DNA of 64,000 nucleotides, taken from positions 576,001 through 640,000 of the forward strand of contig JAEHCQ010000001.1 of NCBI GenBank assembly GCA_020696385.1, given 5' to 3'. A program made the position numbers and the translations under genes. The stretch is from Methanobacteriota archaeon (lineage in GTDB: Archaea; Thermoplasmatota; Thermoplasmata; SG8-5; JAGLSY01). Below the pieces are notes generated by a model. The model worked only from the letters and a program-made list of their open reading frames with translations, did not search any database and had not been told where the DNA came from. This document shows, in pieces, positions 1 to 9,846 of this stretch; the stretch's first letter is position 1, and every line of letters starts with the position of its first letter.

Positions 1-1
1 T

Positions 2-958
2 GATGACACTATCTGGATGTCTCAGAAAGGCATCAAGATCCTCGATAAGGTGGATAATATCGATGCCAAAAAGACCGTGGGCAGAGCGTGGAAGATATTG
101 GGAGTCTGCCATTTACTTATGGGTAATTTCGATGAGAGTCTCAGGTGTCACAATATGGGGAAGCAGATAGGGGAAGAATTAAACGACCTATACGGTCTGA
201 GTGCGGCTTACAATAACATAGGAAATATATATCTGACCATGGGATCGTTCCATGAGGCATTGGATCATTATGAGGAAGCCTTAAAGCTCTTGGAAAAGAT
301 CAAGGATATCCAAGGAAAATCATACACACTCAATAATATCGGCGTCATAAAGAAGAACTTGGGGGAGTATGAGGAAGCCCAAGAATACTACGAAAAATGC
401 CTGTTAATCATGGAAAAGATCGGAGACCCCAGCGGTATGTCCTCATCATGCAGTAATATCGGGAATGTCTTCGCAGAACAAGGAAGGCATGAAGATGCCC
501 TCAAGTCGTATGAGAAGGGGTTGGAGATAGCGCGACGTATAGGTGATAAACAACAGATAGTGAATAATCTTTCATCATTGGTACCTTCAAGGGTTGCATT
601 GGGCCAGATAGAGAAAGCGGAGGAGGAGTGTAAGGAGAGTATCGAACTCTCTCTTGAGATCGGATCCAAAAGAACAGAGATATGTGGGATCAGGACCCAA
701 GGACTTATCCATACAGCAAGAGGCCAGTATGAAGATGCGGGCGATTGCTTTGAATTGGCCTCAAGCACCTTTAGTGAACTTGGAATGGAGGTTGAAGTGG
801 CCAAGACACTATATGAACATGGAGTCATGTTCTTTAAGGCGGGTCATGATCAAAAAGGACATGAACTGATAAAAGAGGCAAGAGAAATATTCAAAATCTC
901 AGGCATGGTCAAACTGGTGGAGGATTGTGACAGGATCCTGAAGTCCAATATGAAATAA
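2..958 (+). CDS. Tetratricopeptide-repeat (TPR) protein, probably 5'-truncated by the window edge
   Basis: Repeated TPR helices (e.g. AYNNIGNIYLTMGSFHEALDHYEEAL, TLNNIGVIKKNLGEYEEAQEYYEKCL). The frame is open from position 2, upstream of the ATG at 17. Confidence 0.85.
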   Translation, partial: DDTIWMSQKGIKILDKVDNIDAKKTVGRAWKILGVCHLLMGNFDESLRCHNMGKQIGEELNDLYGLSAAYNNIGNIYLTMGSFHEALDHYEEALKLLEKIKDIQGKSYTLNNIGVIKKNLGEYEEAQEYYEKCLLIMEKIGDPSGMSSSCSNIGNVFAEQGRHEDALKSYEKGLEIARRIGDKQQIVNNLSSLVPSRVALGQIEKAEEECKESIELSLEIGSKRTEICGIRTQGLIHTARGQYEDAGDCFELASSTFSELGMEVEVAKTLYEHGVMFFKAGHDQKGHELIKEAREIFKISGMVKLVEDCDRILKSNMK

Positions 959-961
959 TCA

Positions 962-1128
962 TCATAATATCCTCGGACCGATGATCTGCCACAGTATGAG
1001 AAATAGAATGGAGAATGCAAGGAACATGGTCATCGAATCGATGGACTTTGTTCTTTTATCGGCTTCCATATTGGGCTTCAGCTTTTTCGAAATGTCAGTC
1101 AGCCAGTCCTTGAATATGTATCCACCGT
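962..1128 (-). repeat. Duplicate of the last 167 bp of the site-2 protease gene (direct repeat of 1321-1487)
   Basis: 160/167 nt identical to 1321-1487 by manual alignment. All 7 differences are synonymous, and both copies end ...WQIIGPRIL*. Confidence 0.95.
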
Positions 1129-1278
1129 GAGCCTTTTCTTTTATCCTCGCTGCGCCTTAGTTCGAATCGCTATGCTTCTCGAACTAATTATTTGCGAAAT
1201 TTACGCAAATAAGAGCTCGGGCTCCAAAAGAACAAGTATCACAGTGCAAAAGAAAACTCGCCCTCACCTACTCGCTCG
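1129..1278 (-). other. Structured non-coding element, copy 1 (CGAGCGAG...TTTTCTTTT...TTCTTTTGGA...CAGCGAG...AAAAGAAAAGGC)
   Basis: Same motif order as 56368-56515 (-) and 60864-60956 (+). Carries extra hairpins ttagttcga/tcgaactaa and ttatttgcg/cgcaaataa. Confidence 0.8.
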
Positions 1279-1320
1279 TTGTATTTGTTAAGCTGGGTGT
1301 GAGTAAGAACCATGCTCAAT

Positions 1321-2676
1321 TCAAAGTATGCGCGGCCCGATGATCTGCCACAGTATGAGAAATAGAATGGAGAATGCAAGGAACATGGTCATCGAATCTA
1401 TGGACTTTGTTCTTTTATCGGCTTCCATATTGGGCTTCAGCTTTTTCGAAATATCAGTCAGCCAGTCCTTGAATATGTATCCACCGTCCAGAGGAACCGC
1501 AGGTAGAGCATTGGTAAGGCCGACCATGAGATTGAGCCAGAAGATCCAATAAAAGGAATTGGCTATTACCCAGAAGATAGATTCGGGGATGGATGAAAGT
1601 GGGCCAGTGATCTCGTAGAAGACACTTGTCTCTTCAGTTACTGGGCTCATCCTCTGCAATGGCAAAGTGATGTACAGGGCCATTGATTGGATGATGCCAC
1701 CCTGCTCATCCGCTCCCTTGAAGGGGTGGAAAGCATCGGTGGATATGTCCTGAGTGGAGACACCCAGATAGCCTGTGCCATTATCTTCATCTTCCTCTGT
1801 ATAATCATATCTATTGGCTAGAGTGAGAGTGATTGAATCGAATCCCGTATCCTTATGATAGGTCTCGATCGTGATATTCTGTCCCGCGGTGGTATCTTGA
1901 ACAAGATCCGAGAAATCACCATAGGTTTCGACAGGAACTCCATCAAAGGAGACCATGATAGAACCTGCGGTCAAATTGTCGTAGGCTGGAGAATCTGGTG
2001 TGATGCCAGTTATTCCAATACCTTCGCCATTGTTCGCAGGGCCGACAGCTCCCATGAGCAGACCGGAAAAGATGAGCGCACATACCGCAGCGACTATGAG
2101 ATTGGATGCTGGACCGACAGCGAACATCCTCGTCCTGTGCTTGGAATCGATCTTCATGATCTTATCCTCATCGGGCTCCATGAAGGCTCCCATCGGGATT
2201 ATCCAGAAAGTGAGACCCAGTGATAGGACTTTCACGTCCGCATGTCTGGTCATTATGCCATGCGAGAACTCGTGAATTATGATAGCGACTACCAGGCCGA
2301 GAATACCATACCATAATGGGATTATCGGGTTTATGCCAGGCAGACCCAATAGCATGTGTGGTTCGACAACCGCGCTATCCGGTATTCTGACGACCAAAGT
2401 GGCCACCCAGACTAAGACCGCGGTCATAGTCAACATCGCCCCACCCACAAGGATGAGTGATATATTACCATAGAACTTGCAGAATTTTGTGTTCTTGGAT
2501 GCCCTCTCGATAAGATCGCGACCTTTCTTCGTCCTCCACATGAGGAAGGGGCCGTAGAAACTGAGATTGTACTTGTCCAGCTTGGCATAGTACTTACTCT
2601 TCCAGATGATGTACTCTACTATTATCCAGAGAAAGATTAGCCCGAAGGCGAACAGGTACCATTGTGTTAACGACAT
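1321..2676 (-). CDS. Site-2 (M50) intramembrane metalloprotease with PDZ domain
   Basis: HEFSH zinc motif, NALPAVPLDGG motif, PDZ-like GIGITGITPDSPA, multiple TM segments. ATG at 2676 preferred over the GTG at 2730. Confidence 0.92.
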   Translation of the reverse strand: MSLTQWYLFAFGLIFLWIIVEYIIWKSKYYAKLDKYNLSFYGPFLMWRTKKGRDLIERASKNTKFCKFYGNISLILVGGAMLTMTAVLVWVATLVVRIPDSAVVEPHMLLGLPGINPIIPLWYGILGLVVAIIIHEFSHGIMTRHADVKVLSLGLTFWIIPMGAFMEPDEDKIMKIDSKHRTRMFAVGPASNLIVAAVCALIFSGLLMGAVGPANNGEGIGITGITPDSPAYDNLTAGSIMVSFDGVPVETYGDFSDLVQDTTAGQNITIETYHKDTGFDSITLTLANRYDYTEEDEDNGTGYLGVSTQDISTDAFHPFKGADEQGGIIQSMALYITLPLQRMSPVTEETSVFYEITGPLSSIPESIFWVIANSFYWIFWLNLMVGLTNALPAVPLDGGYIFKDWLTDISKKLKPNMEADKRTKSIDSMTMFLAFSILFLILWQIIGPRIL

Positions 2677-2884
2677 ATTATCCTCAGTTGAAGGCGGATA
2701 ATTGGTCGTGCTTATAAGTTTAACCCCCACTTTTTCCTTTTAAGATTATCTATGCTGGATGTCCAATTATAACCCTATAAATTTCTAAAATTTTTCATCC
2801 TGAACTAAGGCGGAAACTACATAACCTCTCAACCCAATCCCTGCCGTTCATCGCCATCCAGAGCTATGAAATAGGTAGCAAACA

Positions 2885-5800
2885 ATGATACGCAATGTAA
2901 AGAAAAAATACAGCAAGAAACAAGTGCTTGGGCAAATGCTTCCCCTTGTCCAGACATGGTTCGATAGGAGCTTTAAAGATGTCACAGAGCCGCAGGCTTA
3001 CTCTATCCCCGTTATACAACAACGCAAGAATATTCTGATATCATCCCCCACTGGCTCTGGAAAGACACTCACCGCCTTCCTTTCCATAATAAATGAATTG
3101 ATGCTCAAGCAGGAAAAGGAAGAGCTAAAGGATGAGATATACTGTGTCTATGTATCTCCATTGAAAGCTCTGGCCAATGACATTGACAAGAATTTGAAAC
3201 AACCACTAGCTGAATTGAAAGACATGGCCAAGGAGCTGGGCTTGGAAGCTCCAGAGATCCGTGTCGGTGTGCGAACTGGAGACACAACTCCCTACGAACG
3301 GCAGAAGATGGCGAGAAAACCACCACATATCCTGATCACCACCCCGGAATCACTGGCCATTGTCCTGACCACGCCGAAGTTCAGCGAGAATCTGAGATCG
3401 GTCGAATGGCTGATAACTGATGAAATTCACGAAATATGCAATTCAAAGAGGGGGTCGATGCTATCCATCACCCTCGAACGCCTGCAGTCTCGTCTGGAGA
3501 AGGATGCGACCAGGATAGGGCTGTCCGCAACCCAGTCCCCCATTAAAGAGATCGCCAGATTCCTGGGAGGTTACGAAAATGGAAAAGAACGGGATGTCTG
3601 GCTGGTGCAAGCAGAAGGGGGTAAGGATTTTGATATCAAGGTCATCACACCAGTCGAGGACATAACATCCCTGCCCTTTGAGATCGTCAATGCCAGGATG
3701 TACGATCGGCTGAAGGAGATGATCGATCAAACACGGACAACACTGGTCTTCACCAACACCCGGAGTGGGACAGAACAGGTGATGCTGAAGCTGGGAGAGA
3801 TGGGGCTGGAGGATATCGCGGCCCATCATGGCAGTCTGAGCCGGGAGACCCGATTGGATGTCGAGGATAGATTGAAGAATGGCGAGTTGAAGGCCGCCAT
3901 TTCATCCACATCATTGGAGCTGGGTATAGATATCGGAAGTATCGATCTCGTTTGCCAGATAGGTTCTCCAAAGTCCATCGCCAAGGGATTGCAGAGAGTG
4001 GGCAGAGCCGGCCATGGTGTCGGCCAGCAAAGCAAGGGGCGTTTCATGGTCTTTGATAATGACGACCTGGTGGAATGCGCGGTACTGGCTAAAAGCGCGG
4101 TGGACCATGACATTGACAGGGTGAGCATCCCGGAGAGCCCGCTGGATGTACTGGCACAAACTATTGTTGGACTTTCATTGGAGAAGAGGTGGGACATTGA
4201 AGAGGCCTATTCGCTTATCAGGAATTCTTATGCATATCACAAATTGACCAAGAAAGACTACATGTCGGTACTCAGATACCTGGGAAGCCGGGACATGCCG
4301 AATGTGTATTCCAAGATCTGGCTGGACGAGGATGAAGGAACATTCGGCGTAAAGAAAGGAAGCCGCCTCATCTACTATCTGAATAGCGGCACCATACCTG
4401 AAGAAGCGAACTTCAAGGTATTCTCCGACAAAGGAGGCAGGCTGGGAGAATTGTCCGAGGGATTCGTGGAAAAGCTTGGCCCTGGTGATGTCTTCGTTCT
4501 GGGTGGTAAGAGCTACAGGTTCGAAAGAGCCAGAGGCATGAGTCTGTATGTGAAGGACGCGACTGGTAAGAGACCGACAGTCCCTTCATGGACCGGAGAA
4601 ATGCTCCCCAGAAGCTTCGATCTTTCAGTCAATATAGGGAAGTTCAGAGAGCGAGTCACAGACCGAATTAGAGAACTTGATCCTGATAAATTATCAAAGA
4701 AAGAAGTGGATGGAAAAACCAGGGAATTGAAGGAATGGCTCGTCAGAGAATATCATCTGGATGGTCAAGGGGCGAATAGTATAATCTCATATTTTAGAGA
4801 GCAACTGGCCTTTAATAAAAATGTCCCATCCGATCGCGACCTGCTGGTGGAGGAGTACGTGGACAAGAAAGGCAATACGAATTTAATATTCCACTTCTGT
4901 TTTGGTAGAAGGGTCAATGATGCACTTTCCAGAGCCTATGCCATGATATTATCCGACAAATATGACACTAACATCAGTGTTTCGATAACTGATGATAATT
5001 TCATGCTCACCCTGCCGAAGGAGATACCTCTGGAGAATTTTGAAGGATTGATAGATGAGAAGAAACTAGTGGGGCTTTTGGAAAGGGCGGTTGGCGAGAC
5101 CGAGCTTTTCAAGCACAGGTTCAGACACTGCAGCACAAGGGGCCTGATGGTTCTCCGTAACTATCAGGGAAGATCAGTGCCTGTTGGCAGACAGCAGCAG
5201 AGGGCGCAGAAGGTTCTGAGAGCCATAAGTGATTCGGATGACTTCCCCCTGGTGAAGGAAACTTACAGGGAGATCATGACCATGGTTATGGATCTGGACA
5301 ATGCAAGGGAGATCATCAGGTCTATCGAGGCAGGCAAGAGGGTGATGCATTACTCCAGCAGCAATGAGATACCATCGCCCTTTTCACATAATGTCGTCCT
5401 GTCTGGCATGTCGGATATCGTACTGATGCACGACCGCAGTGCTTTGCTCAAAGAAATGCACAGAAAAGTTCTTGATAGGATCGGGGGAGCGGGTTCGATA
5501 AAGCCCGAGTTCAAGACAGCGATTGTCAAGGAGCATTTTGCTGGCAAATTGCTGGACATGCATGTGAGGAAAAAGGAGGATATCATCCCACTTATGCGAA
5601 TGACTGGCCCCTTGGAATTATTCCAGAGAAAGGACAGGAGCATCTATGACTTCTCGGATGTCGAGACCAATATCCTGGCAGAATGGTGCAAGGAACTGGT
5701 CAATGATGGAGAAATTCATTCAGTATGGTCTGGAAGAAGTCTCTGGCTACCATCAGATATGGCAACCAGATACGCCTCGATCTACAGATCGGATGACGAG

Positions 5801-8401
5801 ATAACACCGGATGGTCAGAAGATCATCAATATACTGGATGATGCGAAAAAACCCATATCCACAAGATCCATATCCAAAAAACTAGAAGCCATGGACGAGA
5901 GTGAATGGGACAATGCGAGCACGAGAAAGGTATTGAACTCTCTCGAGAGGCGGTATCTCACGGCCAAGACCCAGATGGATGGAAAGGGCTTCGGACTTTG
6001 GGGGAAATTGGTGGTAGAACCTGCCCCGGAAGGGGAGAAGTATCTGAAAGATCGCGTGATCAACCATCTGGATCTTTTCGCACCCCTTTCATTGGAGGAA
6101 CTGTCCTTCGAACTTCGCCTTTCTGAAGAGGTGTTGGAAGGCGTATTGGAAGATATGCAATCCGAGATCGAAGTAATGGCGAAGTCTTTCACAGAGCCAT
6201 ATGTCCAGTACATGCTGGCTCAGGATTATTCCGATCTGAAGAGCACGGGAGAGGAGATCACCATGTCACCATCGGAATTGAGCAATTACCGCACCTGGAA
6301 ACATTTCAATGGATTCAAGAACATTGATGATTTCTTTGAAAGATACGGAAGTGTCGGGATGCTCAATGATGTAGTTTCCAGATTGGGACTGGATGGCATC
6401 GAGGATTGGGGTGAGAAAAGAAGAAGCGGGGATATCCTTCAGGGAAGATTCTGGGATGGGAGTGTTTGCTTTGTCAGGAAACAGGATGCGCCAAAATTCA
6501 TCAATGCCTTCAGAAAAGAGGAATTGGGCAAGGTGGACAAGCAGATATTGAAGATCATATCCGATAATCCAGGAGCGGATATAGTCAAGATACATGAGAT
6601 CTCGGAGATCCCGAAGGACGCGCTCAAGCCCATAGTGGAGAAATTGGATCGGAATATGCATATAGCGAGAAAGCCAGCGGAAAGAGCTGGCTTCAACCCG
6701 AACTTCGAATCCTGGTCAACCAGGAATAAATATTATAAATTGGATAGCAAACGATCTACTATTGATGGCAAGGCCTGGCTATTGAAGAAGCTGATATCGG
6801 CTTATGGACCGATATCAGCTTACGAGCTTGCCAGATCAGCTGGAATGAGGCGGGATGAGATAAGAGACCATCTGCTGAAGCTGAGAAAAACAGGGAAGCT
6901 GGCCGAGGTCTCCGTCATAGGTAGTGAGGGGCAGAAGCTCTATATCTGGGAGAAGGAAGTGAAGAGCCTTCGTAGTGGCGGAGGGAGAGCTCTCAAACAG
7001 GTGAAGGAAAAAGTCCATATCATGACCATCTTCGACCCTTTCGCCTTCCATCACAAGAATGAGATAAGAATGAAGTACGGAGATGCCTGGTACTACACTA
7101 TCTTCCGCGGCTCGAAGCTCATAGGTATGATGGAGATGTGGGAGATGAGCGGATGTCTCGAGATACGGGAACTGGATATCGACGATCCGGATGACCTGCC
7201 AGATGTTCTGAAGGCTATTGATGATTTTTCAGAATTCTACAAGCGCAACTATCACGAAGTTATCAGGATCACGGGAGCCTTTAGAGATAGTGTAGTTGAA
7301 ATGGATAAGAAATATATCAAGATATTCGAAAAGGCCGGGTACTTCAGATCGCGCAATTGGCTATTGAAAGGAGAGGTCGTCGATATGATGATGACCGATG
7401 ACCAGATGGTCTCCTACGCTCTCTGGAAACAACATGTCGTGCCAGAGAGGCATTTCCAGGATATCGAGGAAGGTCTGGCCAAGCTGGGCGGCTTCAAATC
7501 CGACCTGGAGACCGACCTCAGAGTGGATGATCCACGAAATCTTAAGAGGATGTTCAAGGACGAGATAGTCGAGCGAGGCCAGCTCATACCCGAATACATG
7601 ACCTATGCCCTACCTGAAGAGATGGCACTTTACAAAGCCGCGAAGCATGTGGAGATCGATAGAGAAATGAAGTACATGGTTACCGCACTTAACTGGGAGC
7701 ATGGATTGAAACGGAATAGATTGCTGGAATCCACCCCTCTGAGCTTCAGGAATGCGGCAGACGCTCTCACCCGCCTCAATAAAGGCCTCCATGTCCTTCG
7801 AGATCCAAAGAACAATTACTACCTCACCCCGGACTACAGGTATGATAGGGAAGAAGCCAGAGACAAGGTCCTCTGGCTTATTTTTGATTCCTTCGGGGTA
7901 TTCACCGCAGAAGGCCTATCCATGTACACCAAAAGCGAGTACAAGATGGGGGAGATAAGGAGAGCCCTGAGCAGGTTCGAAGCTCAGGGGAAATTGGTCA
8001 AAGGATTCTTGTCAGAAGATGATAATACATTATACTGGCTTGTAAAAGAAGACATGCCCAAATTGCCCATGGAACCTCATGATGTGAATATCATTCTCGC
8101 TCCATCCGCCTATGACAGATTATCCACATACCTCATGCCCATGACAAGGAAGAAATTCGGGTTTGGTTCATGCTTCATCGTGATATATGGAGGGATCATC
8201 GTCGGGGTCTTCAGGGCGAATATGAGAAGGACCGAGCTTCTGGTCGGGGAATACAGAGGCGAGAAAGAGGGATGGGGAATGATACAGGATTATGCGATCG
8301 ATATAGGGCGGCGGATGAGTATCAAGGAAAATGAGGATGTCATAAGTGAAGAGGAGATCATGGACTGGTATGATAAGACATCTGGCCGTGAATTTAATTG
8401 A
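2885..8401 (+). CDS. lhr: Large ATP-dependent DEAD/H helicase Lhr with extended winged-helix C-terminal region
   Basis: SPTGSGKT, YVSPLKALANDI, DEIH, GLSAT, HHGSLS, SLELGIDIG, QRVGRAGH and GTIP motifs of the Lhr core, plus ~950 extra C-terminal residues. Confidence 0.92.
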   Translation: MIRNVKKKYSKKQVLGQMLPLVQTWFDRSFKDVTEPQAYSIPVIQQRKNILISSPTGSGKTLTAFLSIINELMLKQEKEELKDEIYCVYVSPLKALANDIDKNLKQPLAELKDMAKELGLEAPEIRVGVRTGDTTPYERQKMARKPPHILITTPESLAIVLTTPKFSENLRSVEWLITDEIHEICNSKRGSMLSITLERLQSRLEKDATRIGLSATQSPIKEIARFLGGYENGKERDVWLVQAEGGKDFDIKVITPVEDITSLPFEIVNARMYDRLKEMIDQTRTTLVFTNTRSGTEQVMLKLGEMGLEDIAAHHGSLSRETRLDVEDRLKNGELKAAISSTSLELGIDIGSIDLVCQIGSPKSIAKGLQRVGRAGHGVGQQSKGRFMVFDNDDLVECAVLAKSAVDHDIDRVSIPESPLDVLAQTIVGLSLEKRWDIEEAYSLIRNSYAYHKLTKKDYMSVLRYLGSRDMPNVYSKIWLDEDEGTFGVKKGSRLIYYLNSGTIPEEANFKVFSDKGGRLGELSEGFVEKLGPGDVFVLGGKSYRFERARGMSLYVKDATGKRPTVPSWTGEMLPRSFDLSVNIGKFRERVTDRIRELDPDKLSKKEVDGKTRELKEWLVREYHLDGQGANSIISYFREQLAFNKNVPSDRDLLVEEYVDKKGNTNLIFHFCFGRRVNDALSRAYAMILSDKYDTNISVSITDDNFMLTLPKEIPLENFEGLIDEKKLVGLLERAVGETELFKHRFRHCSTRGLMVLRNYQGRSVPVGRQQQRAQKVLRAISDSDDFPLVKETYREIMTMVMDLDNAREIIRSIEAGKRVMHYSSSNEIPSPFSHNVVLSGMSDIVLMHDRSALLKEMHRKVLDRIGGAGSIKPEFKTAIVKEHFAGKLLDMHVRKKEDIIPLMRMTGPLELFQRKDRSIYDFSDVETNILAEWCKELVNDGEIHSVWSGRSLWLPSDMATRYASIYRSDDEITPDGQKIINILDDAKKPISTRSISKKLEAMDESEWDNASTRKVLNSLERRYLTAKTQMDGKGFGLWGKLVVEPAPEGEKYLKDRVINHLDLFAPLSLEELSFELRLSEEVLEGVLEDMQSEIEVMAKSFTEPYVQYMLAQDYSDLKSTGEEITMSPSELSNYRTWKHFNGFKNIDDFFERYGSVGMLNDVVSRLGLDGIEDWGEKRRSGDILQGRFWDGSVCFVRKQDAPKFINAFRKEELGKVDKQILKIISDNPGADIVKIHEISEIPKDALKPIVEKLDRNMHIARKPAERAGFNPNFESWSTRNKYYKLDSKRSTIDGKAWLLKKLISAYGPISAYELARSAGMRRDEIRDHLLKLRKTGKLAEVSVIGSEGQKLYIWEKEVKSLRSGGGRALKQVKEKVHIMTIFDPFAFHHKNEIRMKYGDAWYYTIFRGSKLIGMMEMWEMSGCLEIRELDIDDPDDLPDVLKAIDDFSEFYKRNYHEVIRITGAFRDSVVEMDKKYIKIFEKAGYFRSRNWLLKGEVVDMMMTDDQMVSYALWKQHVVPERHFQDIEEGLAKLGGFKSDLETDLRVDDPRNLKRMFKDEIVERGQLIPEYMTYALPEEMALYKAAKHVEIDREMKYMVTALNWEHGLKRNRLLESTPLSFRNAADALTRLNKGLHVLRDPKNNYYLTPDYRYDREEARDKVLWLIFDSFGVFTAEGLSMYTKSEYKMGEIRRALSRFEAQGKLVKGFLSEDDNTLYWLVKEDMPKLPMEPHDVNIILAPSAYDRLSTYLMPMTRKKFGFGSCFIVIYGGIIVGVFRANMRRTELLVGEYRGEKEGWGMIQDYAIDIGRRMSIKENEDVISEEEIMDWYDKTSGREFN

Positions 8402-8533
8402 ATAGCCCATCTATTTATGTTTTGTGGGAAAAAACTTATGAAGTGGCTTTCTTTCACCGACCCAATAGGTGATTTGAATGTGCGAACCGAGTTAGCATAT
8501 TCAAAATTCCGAAATATAATTGAGGAATTCAAT

Positions 8534-9754
8534 ATGGATGATATTCTAAAAGCAGTAGAAGAACTTGAAGGTGAAATGGTCGCCGCCCTTTCGAATATGT
8601 GCAGGATCCCCGCCATAGCTCCAGATAGCGATGGAGATGGGGAGGCAAAGAGGGCTTCTTTCCTTGTTGATCTATTGAAAGAAAATGGGATCACGGATAT
8701 CGAGATCTACAAAGCGGAAGACAGCAGAGTATCAGCTGGCTATCGTCCAAATATCGTGGCCACCATAGAAGGTGAAGAGCCAGATCTTCCTCCGCTTTGG
8801 TTGATCTCCCATATGGATGTTGTTCCGACAGGGGATCTGGGAAAATGGGATACCGAGCCCTTTAACCCTATCCAGAAGGATGGTAAATTATTCGGAAGAG
8901 GCGTGGAAGACAATGGCCAGGCTTTGATCGCTTCCATATATGCGGTGAAGGCCATACTGGATAAAGGCATGAAGCCGAAAAGGACCGTGAAATTAGGCTT
9001 CGTGGCCGATGAAGAGGTCGGAAGCAAATACGGTATCCAGTATCTTGTGAAACAGGACTTATTCACACCAGAAGATCTACTTGTTGTTCCAGATTACGGG
9101 CTACCAGATGGAAGTGTTATCGAGGTCGTGGAGAAATCCCATCTTCAATTGAAAGTCATAACAAAGGGAAAGCAGGTGCATGCCAGTCGCCCCAATAAAG
9201 GGATCAATGCCTTCAGAGTGGCTTCCACCTTCATAGACAGGGTGTCCAATGAGCTTTATGAGCATTATGCCAACGAAGATCCGATGTTCGGACCTCCGAT
9301 ATCCACCTTCGAGGCCACAAAAAGAGAGGCAAATGTTCCTAATATCAATACAATTCCCGGAGACGATGTCTTCTACATGGATTGCAGAATACTCCCAAGA
9401 GAGGATCTGAAGGAGATAATGGAATTCATGAAGAATATAGCAACGAGGATAGAGATCGAGACTGGAGCCAGCATCAACATAATCGAGGTTAGCTCATCTG
9501 TCGCCCCTCCAGCCACACCCGTCGATTCGGATGTCGTGGTCAATCTTCAGAGTGCGATCAAAACAGTCATGGGAGTGGATGCGAAGCCAGTTGGAATCGG
9601 TGGCGGTACTTGTGCCGCGATCTTCAGAGAGGCTGGTTATCCAGCAGCTGTATGGTCCACCAATGAAGAGATGGCACACGAACCAAATGAGTATATCAAG
9701 ATAGAGAATCTCATAAGTGATGCGAAGGTTTTCGCCTTGCTCTGTTTGATGTGA
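8534..9754 (+). CDS. M20 family metallo-hydrolase (ArgE/DapE-like)
   Basis: SHMDVVP, GRGVEDN, DEEVGS, GKQVHASRP and AHEPNE motifs. Likely start at ATG 8534 (MDDILK). Confidence 0.9.
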   Translation: MDDILKAVEELEGEMVAALSNMCRIPAIAPDSDGDGEAKRASFLVDLLKENGITDIEIYKAEDSRVSAGYRPNIVATIEGEEPDLPPLWLISHMDVVPTGDLGKWDTEPFNPIQKDGKLFGRGVEDNGQALIASIYAVKAILDKGMKPKRTVKLGFVADEEVGSKYGIQYLVKQDLFTPEDLLVVPDYGLPDGSVIEVVEKSHLQLKVITKGKQVHASRPNKGINAFRVASTFIDRVSNELYEHYANEDPMFGPPISTFEATKREANVPNINTIPGDDVFYMDCRILPREDLKEIMEFMKNIATRIEIETGASINIIEVSSSVAPPATPVDSDVVVNLQSAIKTVMGVDAKPVGIGGGTCAAIFREAGYPAAVWSTNEEMAHEPNEYIKIENLISDAKVFALLCLM

Positions 9755-9846
9755 GAACTATCAGACCCAACTGGTTATGAATATTCCATTCATAAAGCAT
9801 ATGCTATGATCGAAATTCACGTACAAGTGATGATTACAAGTGCTTA

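Noticed and set aside
1146-1156. Similarity of CTCGCTGCGC / CTCGCTCG to plasmid primosome sites or Rep-binding GAGC repeats
   Set aside because: Too short to support homology; kept only as part of the element consensus.
1284-1299. Integron attC core sites (GTTAAGC here, GTTAGGC at 60624)
   Set aside because: A 7-nt match only, with no paired inverse core, cassette array or integrase.
962-1487. DGR template/variable repeat pair
   Set aside because: Differences are not restricted to adenines, all are synonymous, and there is no reverse transcriptase in the window.
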